From NCBI GenBank assembly GCA_040752415.1, contig JBFMGU010000088.1, positions 1 through 37,681 on the forward strand: a DNA stretch of 37,681 nucleotides, read 5' to 3'. The position numbers and the translations under genes were made by a program. The DNA comes from Myxococcota bacterium (GTDB taxonomy: Bacteria > Myxococcota > JACRCW01). Position 1 is the first letter of the stretch; every line of letters starts with the position of its first letter. This document shows positions 8,731 through 18,324 of the stretch, piece by piece. Below the pieces are notes generated by a model, which was not told the DNA's origin, did no database searches, and saw only the letters and a program-made list of their open reading frames with translations.

Positions 8731-9239
8731 TCGGCGCTTTGTCGTCGGGAAATGCGTGCGCGGGGTGTGGCCAGGTGGTGGTTCCCGGTGCGCTGGCGTG
8801 TCTGGCGTGTGGGCTTCCCGTGGCGCTCCAGGTTGCCACCCCGCCGCCGTTGGCGGTGCAGACCGGGACGGTGCGTGAGCTGATTGTCGTCGAGGGAGGC
8901 ACGGTGGGGACGCGCATCCCCGCGCCACCGGAAGGCGTGGAGCTCATCCTGGGCCGACACGATCTCACGCGCTCCCCGCCGTGGGTTGTCGACGTGGATC
9001 TGGGACGCCTCATGGCTTTGTCGACGGGAGAAGGGCCACCGGTGAGCCGCGACCAGGCCGCGCTGTCTCGTCGGGCGGGGCAGGTCCTCATCACACCGCG
9101 GGGTCAGGCGCCCGTCCTGCACCGCGCGCAGGGAGGCAGCTTCCAACCGCTGCAGAACGGAACCGCGCAGCCGCTCAAGACGGGCGACCGGCTCGCGTTT
9201 GGACACGGTAGCCGCGCGCTCGTCGTGGAAGTGAACTGA
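8727..9239 (+). CDS. Zinc-ribbon plus divergent FHA domain protein
   Basis: CAGC-x10-CLAC; FHA motifs LILGR, VSRDQA, LKTGDRLAFG. ATGA overlap with the vWA gene. Confidence 0.8.
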   Translation: MIGALSSGNACAGCGQVVVPGALACLACGLPVALQVATPPPLAVQTGTVRELIVVEGGTVGTRIPAPPEGVELILGRHDLTRSPPWVVDVDLGRLMALSTGEGPPVSRDQAALSRRAGQVLITPRGQAPVLHRAQGGSFQPLQNGTAQPLKTGDRLAFGHGSRALVVEVN

Positions 9240-9253
9240 CAAGGAGGAACATC

Positions 9254-10462
9254 ATGACGTCGCTGGATCTCAACGGAAGGATGTACCTGGGTCTCCCCAA
9301 GCCGGGACACGCGGTGTTCGAGGGTGTCGTCGAGGCGGGACGCACCGCGCCGATGGTTCTCCGCAGCCGCTTCTTCGCGCGTTACCTCGGCAGCGAGTGT
9401 GTGGCCGTGCCGAGCGCAGGTGTGACGCGGGTTGCGGGTCGACTGGAGCCGCGCCCCATTGCGGTGCTCACCGACCTCCTGCAGCACGACGCCAACCGCC
9501 CCGCGGGGCTGGTGGTGGAGGGACAGGGCGAGGCCGCATGGGTCGGCGCCACGCGCCTGTTGATGAACGCGCTGGAGAAGCAGGGCGTGGTGACGCTGCT
9601 GCCCTCCGACCAGCATCTGAATCCGGACCTGCTCGACCGCGCGGCGCGCACGTCGTTCACACTGGTGGAGGACATGCTCTACGCCGACGAGAAAGCGCGC
9701 CTGCGCACGCATCCCCAGCTCGCCGCGAAGGCCACCAGCGGCACGCCGCTCACCGTCACCGAGTACGAGACGATCTTTGGCAACGTCGTCGACAAGGAAG
9801 ACCGGAACTTCCTGCCGCACTGTCGCGAGGGGGTGGTGGAGTACATCCCCAGCGTGCTGCAGTGGCTCGGCCGACAACGTGCCGCGGTGCTGAAGCAGAT
9901 GGATGCCGGTGCGCCCGTGCCCACCGCGACGGTCCTCCCCGACTTCAAGACGGGACTGAGCTGCCTGTCCGCACCGGACTCCCGCGGCCTGCACGGCAAC
10001 GCCCTGCGCGACGCGCTGATCGCCACCCAGCGGGGCTTGTACCTGGATGGTCCGTCGCGGCCGCACGCCAAGCTCGCGCTCGTCGGTGGGACCGCGCATG
10101 AGTATTCCGTGGCGGAGCTGATCCGGTTCCTCGTCGACATGGACTACAGCGTGGTGTGGCTGCTCTCCTGCACCGGTGGACTGGGCATTGCCGCCAAGCT
10201 CTCGACGGCACTGGAGCTGACCGAGCGGTACGGCACGCGGCTCTTCTGCACCTACGGCTGGCCGCTCCCCGCGCACCTGGGTCCCGAGCCTCCGTCGTGG
10301 GCGGCGCTGGCCTCGCAAGTGGAAGCGGAAGATCGCGCGGAGGTGGAGGCCATGGAGAAGGAACGCGTGCGCCTGGTGCAACAGCGCGTCACAACCCAAG
10401 GCCGGCCCGTGGTGACGACGGTCGACGCCGTGGAGAAGGCCCGGCTGGGAGGGACGCCATGA
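9254..10462 (+). CDS. Hypothetical protein; C-terminal third resembles a divergent PNP/UDP nucleoside phosphorylase fold
   Basis: AAGGAGG RBS at 9241-9247 and good codon bias. The motif order LALVGG, helix, VVWLLSCTGGL, LFCTYGW, VEAME, GRPVVTTVD parallels the PNP_UDP_1 family. Gene is confident; fold call is tentative. Confidence 0.65.
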   Translation: MTSLDLNGRMYLGLPKPGHAVFEGVVEAGRTAPMVLRSRFFARYLGSECVAVPSAGVTRVAGRLEPRPIAVLTDLLQHDANRPAGLVVEGQGEAAWVGATRLLMNALEKQGVVTLLPSDQHLNPDLLDRAARTSFTLVEDMLYADEKARLRTHPQLAAKATSGTPLTVTEYETIFGNVVDKEDRNFLPHCREGVVEYIPSVLQWLGRQRAAVLKQMDAGAPVPTATVLPDFKTGLSCLSAPDSRGLHGNALRDALIATQRGLYLDGPSRPHAKLALVGGTAHEYSVAELIRFLVDMDYSVVWLLSCTGGLGIAAKLSTALELTERYGTRLFCTYGWPLPAHLGPEPPSWAALASQVEAEDRAEVEAMEKERVRLVQQRVTTQGRPVVTTVDAVEKARLGGTP

Positions 10463-11295
10463 CCCACGTGGACCGACGCCCGACGGTGGCGCGCAACTTC
10501 CTCGCCGGAGATCGCCGCAGCGTGGAGTGGGCCATGGAGCAATGGCTCTCGCTTCGTCCGCCGGTGGACCAGGTGAGCCTCTCCGGCGACGGCGTGTCCG
10601 TGACCGCCACCGCGCTGGGCCTGCGTGACCTGGGAATCTTGCGTGGCTTGCGCGGCGCTCCGTTTTCCGTCGAGGCGGTGTTGCCCGCGGGCCCCGCCAC
10701 GACATCGCTGGCACTTGCGGAAGCCACCGGCGCATCCGTGATCACCGGGAAGGAGCTGGGCCGTGGCGACGTGCTCCTCATGGTGGATGCCCACGAGCTG
10801 GACCGCGCCACCCGCCACGACGTGGAAGCGGCATCCGACGCGGCGGAGCACGGCGCCGTGGCGGTGGTGGGGCCGCACGACTCCGTCCCGCGTGCGTGGC
10901 GAGGGAAACGGTGCGCACGGATCGCGGTGGTTCCGACGACGGTCGCGTCACTGGGCCTGTGTCCATTGTGGGAAGCGGCGATGGAGGACCGGGGAGTGCG
11001 CCGCATCGTGGTGTGTGGGAGCGGTGCGCGGTTGTTCGGGGCCGTGGTGGCGGCGGGGGACTTCTTCCTCGAGCGGACCCGCACCCTGCCCTCCCCGACG
11101 GAGAGCCGCCAGCTCCTCCTGGAGCGTGTGGCCATCCTGCGGGAAGGCACCCGGCCGCCACCGGGATGCAACAGCGTTGACGACGTGTGGAGGGCCGTGT
11201 GCCGCGCCGCGGGAGCCACGGTGGTCTCAGCTTCCGCGACGACGGCGCCGGGAGTGGTGATCGTCCCGTCGAGGAGTCAGCGGCGGGCGGCGTGA
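10459..11295 (+). CDS. Hypothetical protein with a degenerate PNP/UDP-like domain
   Basis: ATGA overlap at 10459. GKRCARIAVVPTTVASLGLCPLWEAAMEDRGVRRIVVCGSGARLFGAVVAAGDFFL resembles the DeoD/Udp signature (G-x-x-I-S-V...GVKKIIRVGSCGA...GD). No (E)ME motif is visible. Confidence 0.6.
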   Translation: MTHVDRRPTVARNFLAGDRRSVEWAMEQWLSLRPPVDQVSLSGDGVSVTATALGLRDLGILRGLRGAPFSVEAVLPAGPATTSLALAEATGASVITGKELGRGDVLLMVDAHELDRATRHDVEAASDAAEHGAVAVVGPHDSVPRAWRGKRCARIAVVPTTVASLGLCPLWEAAMEDRGVRRIVVCGSGARLFGAVVAAGDFFLERTRTLPSPTESRQLLLERVAILREGTRPPPGCNSVDDVWRAVCRAAGATVVSASATTAPGVVIVPSRSQRRAA

Positions 11296-11302
11296 GGCAA
11301 CC

Positions 11303-12121
11303 ATGCGCGTGGGTCCCTATGAGCTGGACGGAGTACTGGGCGCGGGCGGGATGGGCACGGTCCACAAGGCGCACCATTCCGTCCTCCACCGCGACGTGGC
11401 GGTGAAGGAACTGACCCACGCCGACCCGCAGGCACGCACCTTGTTCATCCAGGAAGCCCAGCTTCTCTTCGGGCTCAAGCACCCCAATTTCCCGACGGTG
11501 TTGGACCTCATCGAGAGCCGCGGTCGGACGTTCCTGGTGATGGACTACGTACAGGGGCCAAGCCTGGGCGGCGTCATCAAGCAACGTTGTCTGCAGGGCG
11601 CGGAAGCGGTGCTGCTGGGTCAGGGATTGTGTCGCGCGCTGGAGTTCCTCCACGGTGCGGGCGTGCTGCACCGCGACGTCAAACCCGACAACATCCTGCT
11701 CCCGCGGGGCCTCGCCGACCCCGTCCTCGTCGACTTCGGCATTGCCGGGAAGATGGGCGCGGGCGGGCCGGTGGCCTTCACGCCGGGGATGGCGGCGCCG
11801 GAGCAGGTGAGCGGAGGTGTGTGCGGGCCGCCCTCCGACGTGTACCAGGTGGGCGCCACCCTCTTCGCATGCCTCACCGGAGAGCCACCGCGCGACGCCA
11901 CCGCCCGCACCGCTGACGACGACCTTGGTCCGCTCGGCGCGCTGCTCGACGCGCAGGCGGGCGCGGCGGCACAGGCCATCCGCAACGCGCTTCGTCTCCA
12001 GCCGGCGCACCGTCCGGCCACGGCGAAACAGATGCATGACGCGTTGGCGGCCCGCCTTGCGCCAACCGCCACCGAACCGGCTCCGTCACCCTCGAGGAAA
12101 CCCTTTGATATCCGCCGGTGA
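11303..12121 (+). CDS. Soluble Hanks-type Ser/Thr protein kinase
   Basis: GAGGMGTV, VAVKE, HRDVKPDN, DFG, APE, DVYQVG. No transmembrane or sensor domain. Confidence 0.95.
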   Translation: MRVGPYELDGVLGAGGMGTVHKAHHSVLHRDVAVKELTHADPQARTLFIQEAQLLFGLKHPNFPTVLDLIESRGRTFLVMDYVQGPSLGGVIKQRCLQGAEAVLLGQGLCRALEFLHGAGVLHRDVKPDNILLPRGLADPVLVDFGIAGKMGAGGPVAFTPGMAAPEQVSGGVCGPPSDVYQVGATLFACLTGEPPRDATARTADDDLGPLGALLDAQAGAAAQAIRNALRLQPAHRPATAKQMHDALAARLAPTATEPAPSPSRKPFDIRR

Positions 12122-12253
12122 GGGTCCGACCGCGCTGTCCTTCCGCGTGCGGCTTCGTCACGCTTAATCACTTCGGGTTGACTTCTGCCGGGGGACGCCG
12201 GCGGCGACCACTCCGACGATGAGTCCCGTTGACCGCTCCCCGGGCCCGACACC

Positions 12254-14134
12254 ATGATCCCGCGCATGAGAAACCCACATCTCGCGGTGTTGCTCATCGC
12301 GGGCCTGATCTCCTCCTGCTCCCGAAATACACGCGAAGCGTCCCGTCCCCCGGTGAAGAGCCCGGAGTCCATCCGTGGGCTGTTCACCCTGGCGGCGCGG
12401 GCCCGCGGCCTCACGCCCAAGGAGGACATCCAGTTCAAGGTGGTTCCTCCGTTGGGCGGACGGAAGATCAAGCGCGTGGGCTCGCTGCTCCCGCCGCTGC
12501 GCAACCCGCTCCCGCCGGAACCCACCGTCGCGGGGAGCAAGAACGAGGTCAGCAAGTTCCTCCAGGCCATGGACAAGCTCACGCTGCTGCAACGGGCCAT
12601 GGGCCTGGTGCCGGAGAGCTATTCGCGGCACGAGGAGCGGGAGACGTTCGAACGGGAACAGCTCTACGGCTGGTACGACCCCGAAGAGCGCCGCATGTAC
12701 ATCATCGACCATCCCTCCACGACGACGTCGACGCTCGACGTGGTGGCGCAGGAGATGTCCTTCCGTTCCACGGTGGTGCACGAGGCGGTGCACGCGCTGC
12801 AGGACCAGCACTTCTCGCTCCAGCGCATGATGGAGACCGCGTCGGATCCCGACTCACTCATGGCGGTGAAGGCCGTGGTGGAAGGTGACGCCACGCTGGC
12901 CATGATGGACGCCATGATGATGGAGGGCGGCTCGTCGGGCGCGCGGCTGCGGAACGAGCTGGAGGTGCAGGGCGTGATGGGGGAGAGCGTGGGTCGCGTG
13001 CTCCCGTCGCTGCACGTGCTTTCGCCCGGTATGCAGGACCTGCTCGTCAACAGCTATTCCGACGGTGCGGTGTTCATTGCGGCGCTGCGTCGCCTGGGTG
13101 GGCAGGCGCTGGTGGACGCTGCGTTCCGCACGCCGCCACGCAACATCTTCCAGGTGCTGCACCCGGAGCTCTACATCCAAGGCGTTGCTCCCGACGAGGC
13201 GCCCGACGTCCCCTTCACCACGCTGACCACGGCGGGTTGGCGTGAGAAGGGCTCGGGGAGCGCCGGCGAGCTGATGTGCAATTCCTACGTCACGGAGACC
13301 GGCCGCAGCGGTTGCGCGGGTTGGCGCGGAGACCGCTTCGCCGTGCTGGTCCATCCCAAGCGGCAGGTTCCCGCGTTGCTCTGGGCCATCAGCTTCCAGG
13401 ACGAGGAGAGCGCGAAGGCCTTTGGTCAGGCGGCGGAACGTCGCACCTGGCACAGCTGCCCCCACGACGGCGTGCGCTGCGACCTGGGCATTCCCGTGCG
13501 CGTCAACGTCCAGGGCACGCGCGTGGTCCTGACGCGCGGTGTTCCGCTGGAGCTGGAAGCCGCGACGCTGGCGGAGATCGTTCAGCGGGTCACGTTCACG
13601 CGTCCCGCGCCAAAGCCGCTTGCGGGCATCACGTGGAGCGCCCCCACGGCCGAGCGCTGGGTCGACGTGGCCTCACGCATCCGTGCCACGCCCCCCACGC
13701 TCAACAAGGGCACGCTGGACCTGAGCGCAGCGGGCATCAAGGTGCGCAACGTGCCGGGAACATGGAAATCCAAGAGGCCGCCAAACGACGTGGTGTGGGC
13801 CGCGTTCTCCGATGGTGACGACGGCGTCCTCTCCGTGATGCTTCTCCCCATCAACCCGTACACGTCGGCCAACACCGTCGGGCGCACCATTGCGGTGGGC
13901 GTAGCGAGCGCTTCACGCGGCCAGATTGCCGTGGCGGAGGAGATTTCCCGCACCAACGGGCGCAACACCTTCTACGCGCGCGTGGATTCCCGGGTCCCGT
14001 TCCACATCCTGGCCGCGGTGCAACACGGCTGGGCCGTGGTGGTGGTGGCCATCAACCCCGATGACGACGACGACATGGCCGACGCGTTGAGGAGCGCGGT
14101 CCTGGAGCCGCTCCGCTCCGGAGGTGCGCAATGA
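12254..14134 (+). CDS. Lipoprotein with a putative zincin metallopeptidase domain
   Basis: Lipobox LISSC; GWYDP, HEAVHALQDQHF (HExxH), downstream EGDA as third ligand, YSDGAVF, GWRGDRF. Confidence 0.8.
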   Translation: MIPRMRNPHLAVLLIAGLISSCSRNTREASRPPVKSPESIRGLFTLAARARGLTPKEDIQFKVVPPLGGRKIKRVGSLLPPLRNPLPPEPTVAGSKNEVSKFLQAMDKLTLLQRAMGLVPESYSRHEERETFEREQLYGWYDPEERRMYIIDHPSTTTSTLDVVAQEMSFRSTVVHEAVHALQDQHFSLQRMMETASDPDSLMAVKAVVEGDATLAMMDAMMMEGGSSGARLRNELEVQGVMGESVGRVLPSLHVLSPGMQDLLVNSYSDGAVFIAALRRLGGQALVDAAFRTPPRNIFQVLHPELYIQGVAPDEAPDVPFTTLTTAGWREKGSGSAGELMCNSYVTETGRSGCAGWRGDRFAVLVHPKRQVPALLWAISFQDEESAKAFGQAAERRTWHSCPHDGVRCDLGIPVRVNVQGTRVVLTRGVPLELEAATLAEIVQRVTFTRPAPKPLAGITWSAPTAERWVDVASRIRATPPTLNKGTLDLSAAGIKVRNVPGTWKSKRPPNDVVWAAFSDGDDGVLSVMLLPINPYTSANTVGRTIAVGVASASRGQIAVAEEISRTNGRNTFYARVDSRVPFHILAAVQHGWAVVVVAINPDDDDDMADALRSAVLEPLRSGGAQ

Positions 14135-16947
14135 TCGCCGCCTGGCTTGCTGCGCTGGTGGTGACCGCCTCTCCCGTCGAGACGCGGCAGCTCAGTGTGT
14201 ACCTGGCGTTGCCCGACGGCACGCCCGTGGCCGGTGCAACCGTGACGGTGTCCGAGGCATCCCCGGCGCTCAGGGCCATCCGTCGCGCGTGTGACGACGT
14301 CTACGGCTGCCTGGTGGACGGCCTGGCCGCATCCAACGACGAGACAACGTGGTCACCCCCGCCGCAGGTGGCGCTGGGAAAGACCGACAAGAACGGGCAC
14401 GTGCAGTTTCCCGCGGTGCCGCGTCGCACGTTGTACGTCCGGGCAGTGAGCAAGGACCTGCAGGCCGCGACCCACGTCGACGGCAACTCCTGGCCGGCGG
14501 AACTGGATCTGACGTTGACGCGGATGAGCCATCGCGTGGTGGCGGTGCGCAACCGCGCCGGGCTGGTTCCCAAGGCGCGCATCCACGTCTTCAGCGAGCG
14601 CGGATTCATGGTCGCCACCACCGTCACCGACGAGAACGGGCGCGCGCTGGTGCCCCAGTCCAACGCGCACATCACGCTGGTTCGCCATGCGGGCCACCGC
14701 GTGGCCGTCAGTCATCGCGACGCCACGGCCTGGCTCGCAACAACCCAGCTGTGCGGCGTGGTGATGGATGAGGGCCAACCCGCCGCCGGCGCGGTGGTCC
14801 ACGGCTCCGTCTCCGTGCCCTCGGTCACGACGGATAACGAGGGTCGCTTCTGCATGAACGTGCCGCGCGTGGGCGCCATCTTGTGGGCGGAGCGCGGAGG
14901 TAAGGCCAGCCTGGGTGCGTGGTGGGTCAGCCCCTTCAACATGCGGGAGATCGTCCTTCACCTGGACAAGGCGCGCTCCGTGCGCGGCTCGGTGGTGGAT
15001 GAGCACGGTCGTGCGGTGCCGGGGGCGGAAATCCACGTGTCGCGGAGCATGGATGAGGACGGCGAGGACGGCGCGGAGCCCATCCTGTACACGGAGGCCG
15101 ACGATGCGGGACGGTTCTCGCTGCCGGTCCTGCCGGACATGGAGCTCACCGTCGACGTCGAAGCGCCGGGCCATACCGCCGTATCCAAGCCGCTGGTGGC
15201 GGAGGTGCAGGAGCTTGAGCTCCGGAAGACCCACCGGTTCCGCGTCCGGCTCACGCACGCCGGGGCGCCCGTGCATGGCGCGGGGTTGAGTGTGCGCTCC
15301 TTGCCCGGCAGTCCGTCGTGGAGCCTCTACGCCGAGAGTCACCGGGACGGTTGGGTCCACCTGGAAGCGCCTCGCGGTGCGTATGCCGTGACGGCGTCGA
15401 GCACCGGTGGAGAGATGCGGTTGAGCGTTCCGCGCATGAAGGAGGTGGAGCTGCCCGTGAGGTTCCCGCCCGTGACGGTCCGCGTGGTGCGCGACAACGA
15501 GCCCACCAACGGGCGCGTGATAACCGCCGGTGAAGATACGCGCCCCCTGGCCTACGCGGACGACGGCGTGATCCGCTTCCTCAACGATCCCGCCAACGGG
15601 GCGCTGGAGGTGGTGTATGGCGAGGAGAAGGTTGCCTTCCAACCGGGCTCGCGCGTCGTCCAGCTCATGGACTCCTCGACGGTGACGGTGAAGGCCACCC
15701 TCGACGGAAAACCGGCGCCACAGACGGAGATCAGCCGGTGGGGAGAATGGCTCGGGGTCACGGGCGCCGACGGAACCCTGCAGGTGAAACTGCGGAAGGG
15801 CGAAGAGGTGTCGGGCTGGCGCATCGCCGGAAATCTGACGGGCGACGCGGAATGGGACGGAGAAGCCAAGGAGCTGGAAGTGCAGCTCAAGAGCCTGGTG
15901 AAGCGCGTGCGCGTGGTGGACGCCCAGGATCAGCCCATCCCGCGCGTGGCCTGGGACTGGCGTGAATGGGTGACCACGGAGAATGGCGAGGTGGACGCGG
16001 AAGTGCTCGGCGAGGAGACCCTGTCCGTGCGACTCGAGGTGCCCAGCGCCACGACGCGCACCGAGAACAAGGATGGCAAGATCATCGTCCACGCCGAGCC
16101 GTGCGGCACCATCCTGGGAACCCTCAAGGATGCACGCGGTCAGCCGTACGCCGCCCGCATGCTGCTGGTCCCCAACGCGCCCGCCCCCATGGAAGGAGAT
16201 CCCGACGAGGAACCGCCGAGCACCTGGTCCGACGAGCGCGGGCTGTTCTTCCTGGAGTGTGTGCCCGCGGGAAGCCACACGCTGAAGATCGGCGGGATTG
16301 GCGTGGAGCAGGAGGTGCAGGTGGTGGCGGGCACCATCAGCGCGCCCATCCGCGTCACCATGCCCGACGGAGAATGGCTGGAGGTCACGGGCGCGCCGGG
16401 CATGCTGGTGAAGGTGTGGGCGAACGATCCCGTCCCCGTGGCCGAGGGCTACACGCGCAAGGAGAACGACGATGATCCCGTGGGCGTGGTGAAGCTGGGG
16501 CCGCTGAAGCGCCGCCAGTACGGCCTGCGCGCGGAGCGCGACGGAGCCACGTGGTGGCGGTCCGTGGACCTCGGCAGGCGCAACAAGGCCGCCTTCCCCG
16601 CGCGCACACCGCCGGGCCGCGTGGAGCTGCAACTGCGCGAGGGATACGAGGTCACCTCCGTCGTCGCGTGGGCCGCGGCGGATGGTCAGCGCGTGCGTGG
16701 TGAGCTGTTGGGGACGTGGATGAAGCAGGGGCGGCTGGCCGTCCGCGGCATGAACGAGGGTCCCTATTGGCTCACCATCACCGGCACCCGCGACGGGAAG
16801 GAGTTCGAGATGCGCACGGGCGTCTACGTGGGCACCACACCGGTCCGCCTGGCGCTGGTGCCGCGCCCCGACGGAAACCTGGAGCTTGTTCCCGAGGACG
16901 ACCTGCCGCCGCCGCCGGCTCCGGCCCCGACCAAGGAGGAGGGATGA
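14131..16947 (+). CDS. Large secreted protein with repeated carboxypeptidase-regulatory-like (prealbumin-like beta-sandwich) domains
   Basis: Signal peptide; repeats of G-x-P-V-x-G-A-x-V and T-D-x-x-G-R-F (DGTPVAGATV/TDKNG, EGQPAAGAVV/TDNEGRF, HGRAVPGAEI/ADDAGRF). ATGA overlap with the upstream gene. Confidence 0.85.
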   Translation: MIAAWLAALVVTASPVETRQLSVYLALPDGTPVAGATVTVSEASPALRAIRRACDDVYGCLVDGLAASNDETTWSPPPQVALGKTDKNGHVQFPAVPRRTLYVRAVSKDLQAATHVDGNSWPAELDLTLTRMSHRVVAVRNRAGLVPKARIHVFSERGFMVATTVTDENGRALVPQSNAHITLVRHAGHRVAVSHRDATAWLATTQLCGVVMDEGQPAAGAVVHGSVSVPSVTTDNEGRFCMNVPRVGAILWAERGGKASLGAWWVSPFNMREIVLHLDKARSVRGSVVDEHGRAVPGAEIHVSRSMDEDGEDGAEPILYTEADDAGRFSLPVLPDMELTVDVEAPGHTAVSKPLVAEVQELELRKTHRFRVRLTHAGAPVHGAGLSVRSLPGSPSWSLYAESHRDGWVHLEAPRGAYAVTASSTGGEMRLSVPRMKEVELPVRFPPVTVRVVRDNEPTNGRVITAGEDTRPLAYADDGVIRFLNDPANGALEVVYGEEKVAFQPGSRVVQLMDSSTVTVKATLDGKPAPQTEISRWGEWLGVTGADGTLQVKLRKGEEVSGWRIAGNLTGDAEWDGEAKELEVQLKSLVKRVRVVDAQDQPIPRVAWDWREWVTTENGEVDAEVLGEETLSVRLEVPSATTRTENKDGKIIVHAEPCGTILGTLKDARGQPYAARMLLVPNAPAPMEGDPDEEPPSTWSDERGLFFLECVPAGSHTLKIGGIGVEQEVQVVAGTISAPIRVTMPDGEWLEVTGAPGMLVKVWANDPVPVAEGYTRKENDDDPVGVVKLGPLKRRQYGLRAERDGATWWRSVDLGRRNKAAFPARTPPGRVELQLREGYEVTSVVAWAAADGQRVRGELLGTWMKQGRLAVRGMNEGPYWLTITGTRDGKEFEMRTGVYVGTTPVRLALVPRPDGNLELVPEDDLPPPPAPAPTKEEG

Positions 16948-18233
16948 ATACCATGAACCGCGTTGCAGCCTGTCTCCTCGTCGGAGGAATGGCGTTGTGC
17001 TCGGGGTGTCGGACCAGCGGAAGCGTTCCGGAGAAGGCGCCGCCGCCGGAGAAGACCACGCTGGTGGGCTCGCGCTGGGCGCTGCCGGAGAGCCTGGCCG
17101 ACGCCGTGGCGAAGGAGCGGTTGGACACGCCGTTGGTACCCGTGACGGTGAACGTGGCGGGCGCCTCCTATGCCCTGCAGGTTCCCGCCGCCGCGCCTCC
17201 CGTCGTCACCGCGGAGCCCGACGGCGGCACCTCGCTGGACGTGGTGCTCGACGACGGCGTCACCGGGCATTGCACGGGTCAGCCCGGTGAGCTGCGCCTG
17301 GGCTCCCTGGTCCTCAAGGCGCACCGCCACCTGGTGGACGCCGCGGTGGGTCGTCGACACGTGACCTCCGCCATCACGCCGTTGGAGGGCCTGCCCTCGG
17401 CAATCTCGGTGGCGTGGGAATACATCACCGACGATGACACCTACGGCGCGTACCGCCTGCTGGCCGGCTACAGCGGACCGGTGGCGTGGGCCTGCACCGT
17501 CGACAGCCCTGGCCACCAGGCCACCCTGGCGCGCCTCCTGGGTGAGCTCATGCGCGGCTCCCTGCGCGGCGACGAGGCGACCCAGCGCACCTACTACGCC
17601 ATGACCAGCGGGCAGGGCATGCGGGCCATTGGCGTCGAGGAGCGCGTGACGCAGGCGGACCAGGGCGCGCTGGAACGGGACCGTGTGCTCTTCCTGCGCC
17701 CCGCCTCCGGCGGACTGTTCATCAGCGACTACCTGCAGGAGGAGACCTCCAACGCGGGCGAGGCGATGGTGGACATGCGGATTGGAAGTTGGGTCCAGGG
17801 AGAGCTCAACCTGGACGTCAAGGTGCACCGCGCCGACGACGGCAAGCTGACGGTGTCCGGCGTGCGCGAAGGGAAAGCCATGAATGGCTCCGTGGAGAGC
17901 CTCACGTTCCAATCCGCCGCGCAGCGACGACGCGTGGTGCGGGACCTGGTGGAGCGTGGCCACGACGCCGTGATGCTGGATTCCCTGGACCTTGCCGACG
18001 ACCCGGAGGCGACGCCGCTGGCGGAGGTGGTGCGCGAAGAGCTGGTGCTCATCCGACGTACCGACGATTGGGCGCTGCTGGAGGCCACCCCGCAGGACGG
18101 TGAGAGCAACAGTGTCTCACTGCGTTGGGTGGACCGGCATGGCGACATGATCCGCAGCGAGTGGACGCGGGGCAGCATCCGGGTGGTCACGGAGATCACC
18201 TGGCCGCCCGTTCCCCGTCTTCCACCGCGTTGA
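16944..18233 (+). CDS. Hypothetical lipoprotein
   Basis: ATGA overlap at 16944 with AGGAGG upstream; lipobox LCSGC. Confidence 0.75.
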   Translation: MNTMNRVAACLLVGGMALCSGCRTSGSVPEKAPPPEKTTLVGSRWALPESLADAVAKERLDTPLVPVTVNVAGASYALQVPAAAPPVVTAEPDGGTSLDVVLDDGVTGHCTGQPGELRLGSLVLKAHRHLVDAAVGRRHVTSAITPLEGLPSAISVAWEYITDDDTYGAYRLLAGYSGPVAWACTVDSPGHQATLARLLGELMRGSLRGDEATQRTYYAMTSGQGMRAIGVEERVTQADQGALERDRVLFLRPASGGLFISDYLQEETSNAGEAMVDMRIGSWVQGELNLDVKVHRADDGKLTVSGVREGKAMNGSVESLTFQSAAQRRRVVRDLVERGHDAVMLDSLDLADDPEATPLAEVVREELVLIRRTDDWALLEATPQDGESNSVSLRWVDRHGDMIRSEWTRGSIRVVTEITWPPVPRLPPR

Positions 18234-18324
18234 CGCCGTCCATCGGTGGGTCGTGACGTGTGCCGGCATCCGACGGAGGCGGGGATGATTCGCACCCGCC
18301 ACGACGTGTGCTACAGGCGCGCCC

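Noticed and set aside
18234..18290. Imperfect hairpin after the lipoprotein gene (also 18735-18770)
   Set aside because: No U-tract, and such stems arise readily by chance at this GC content.
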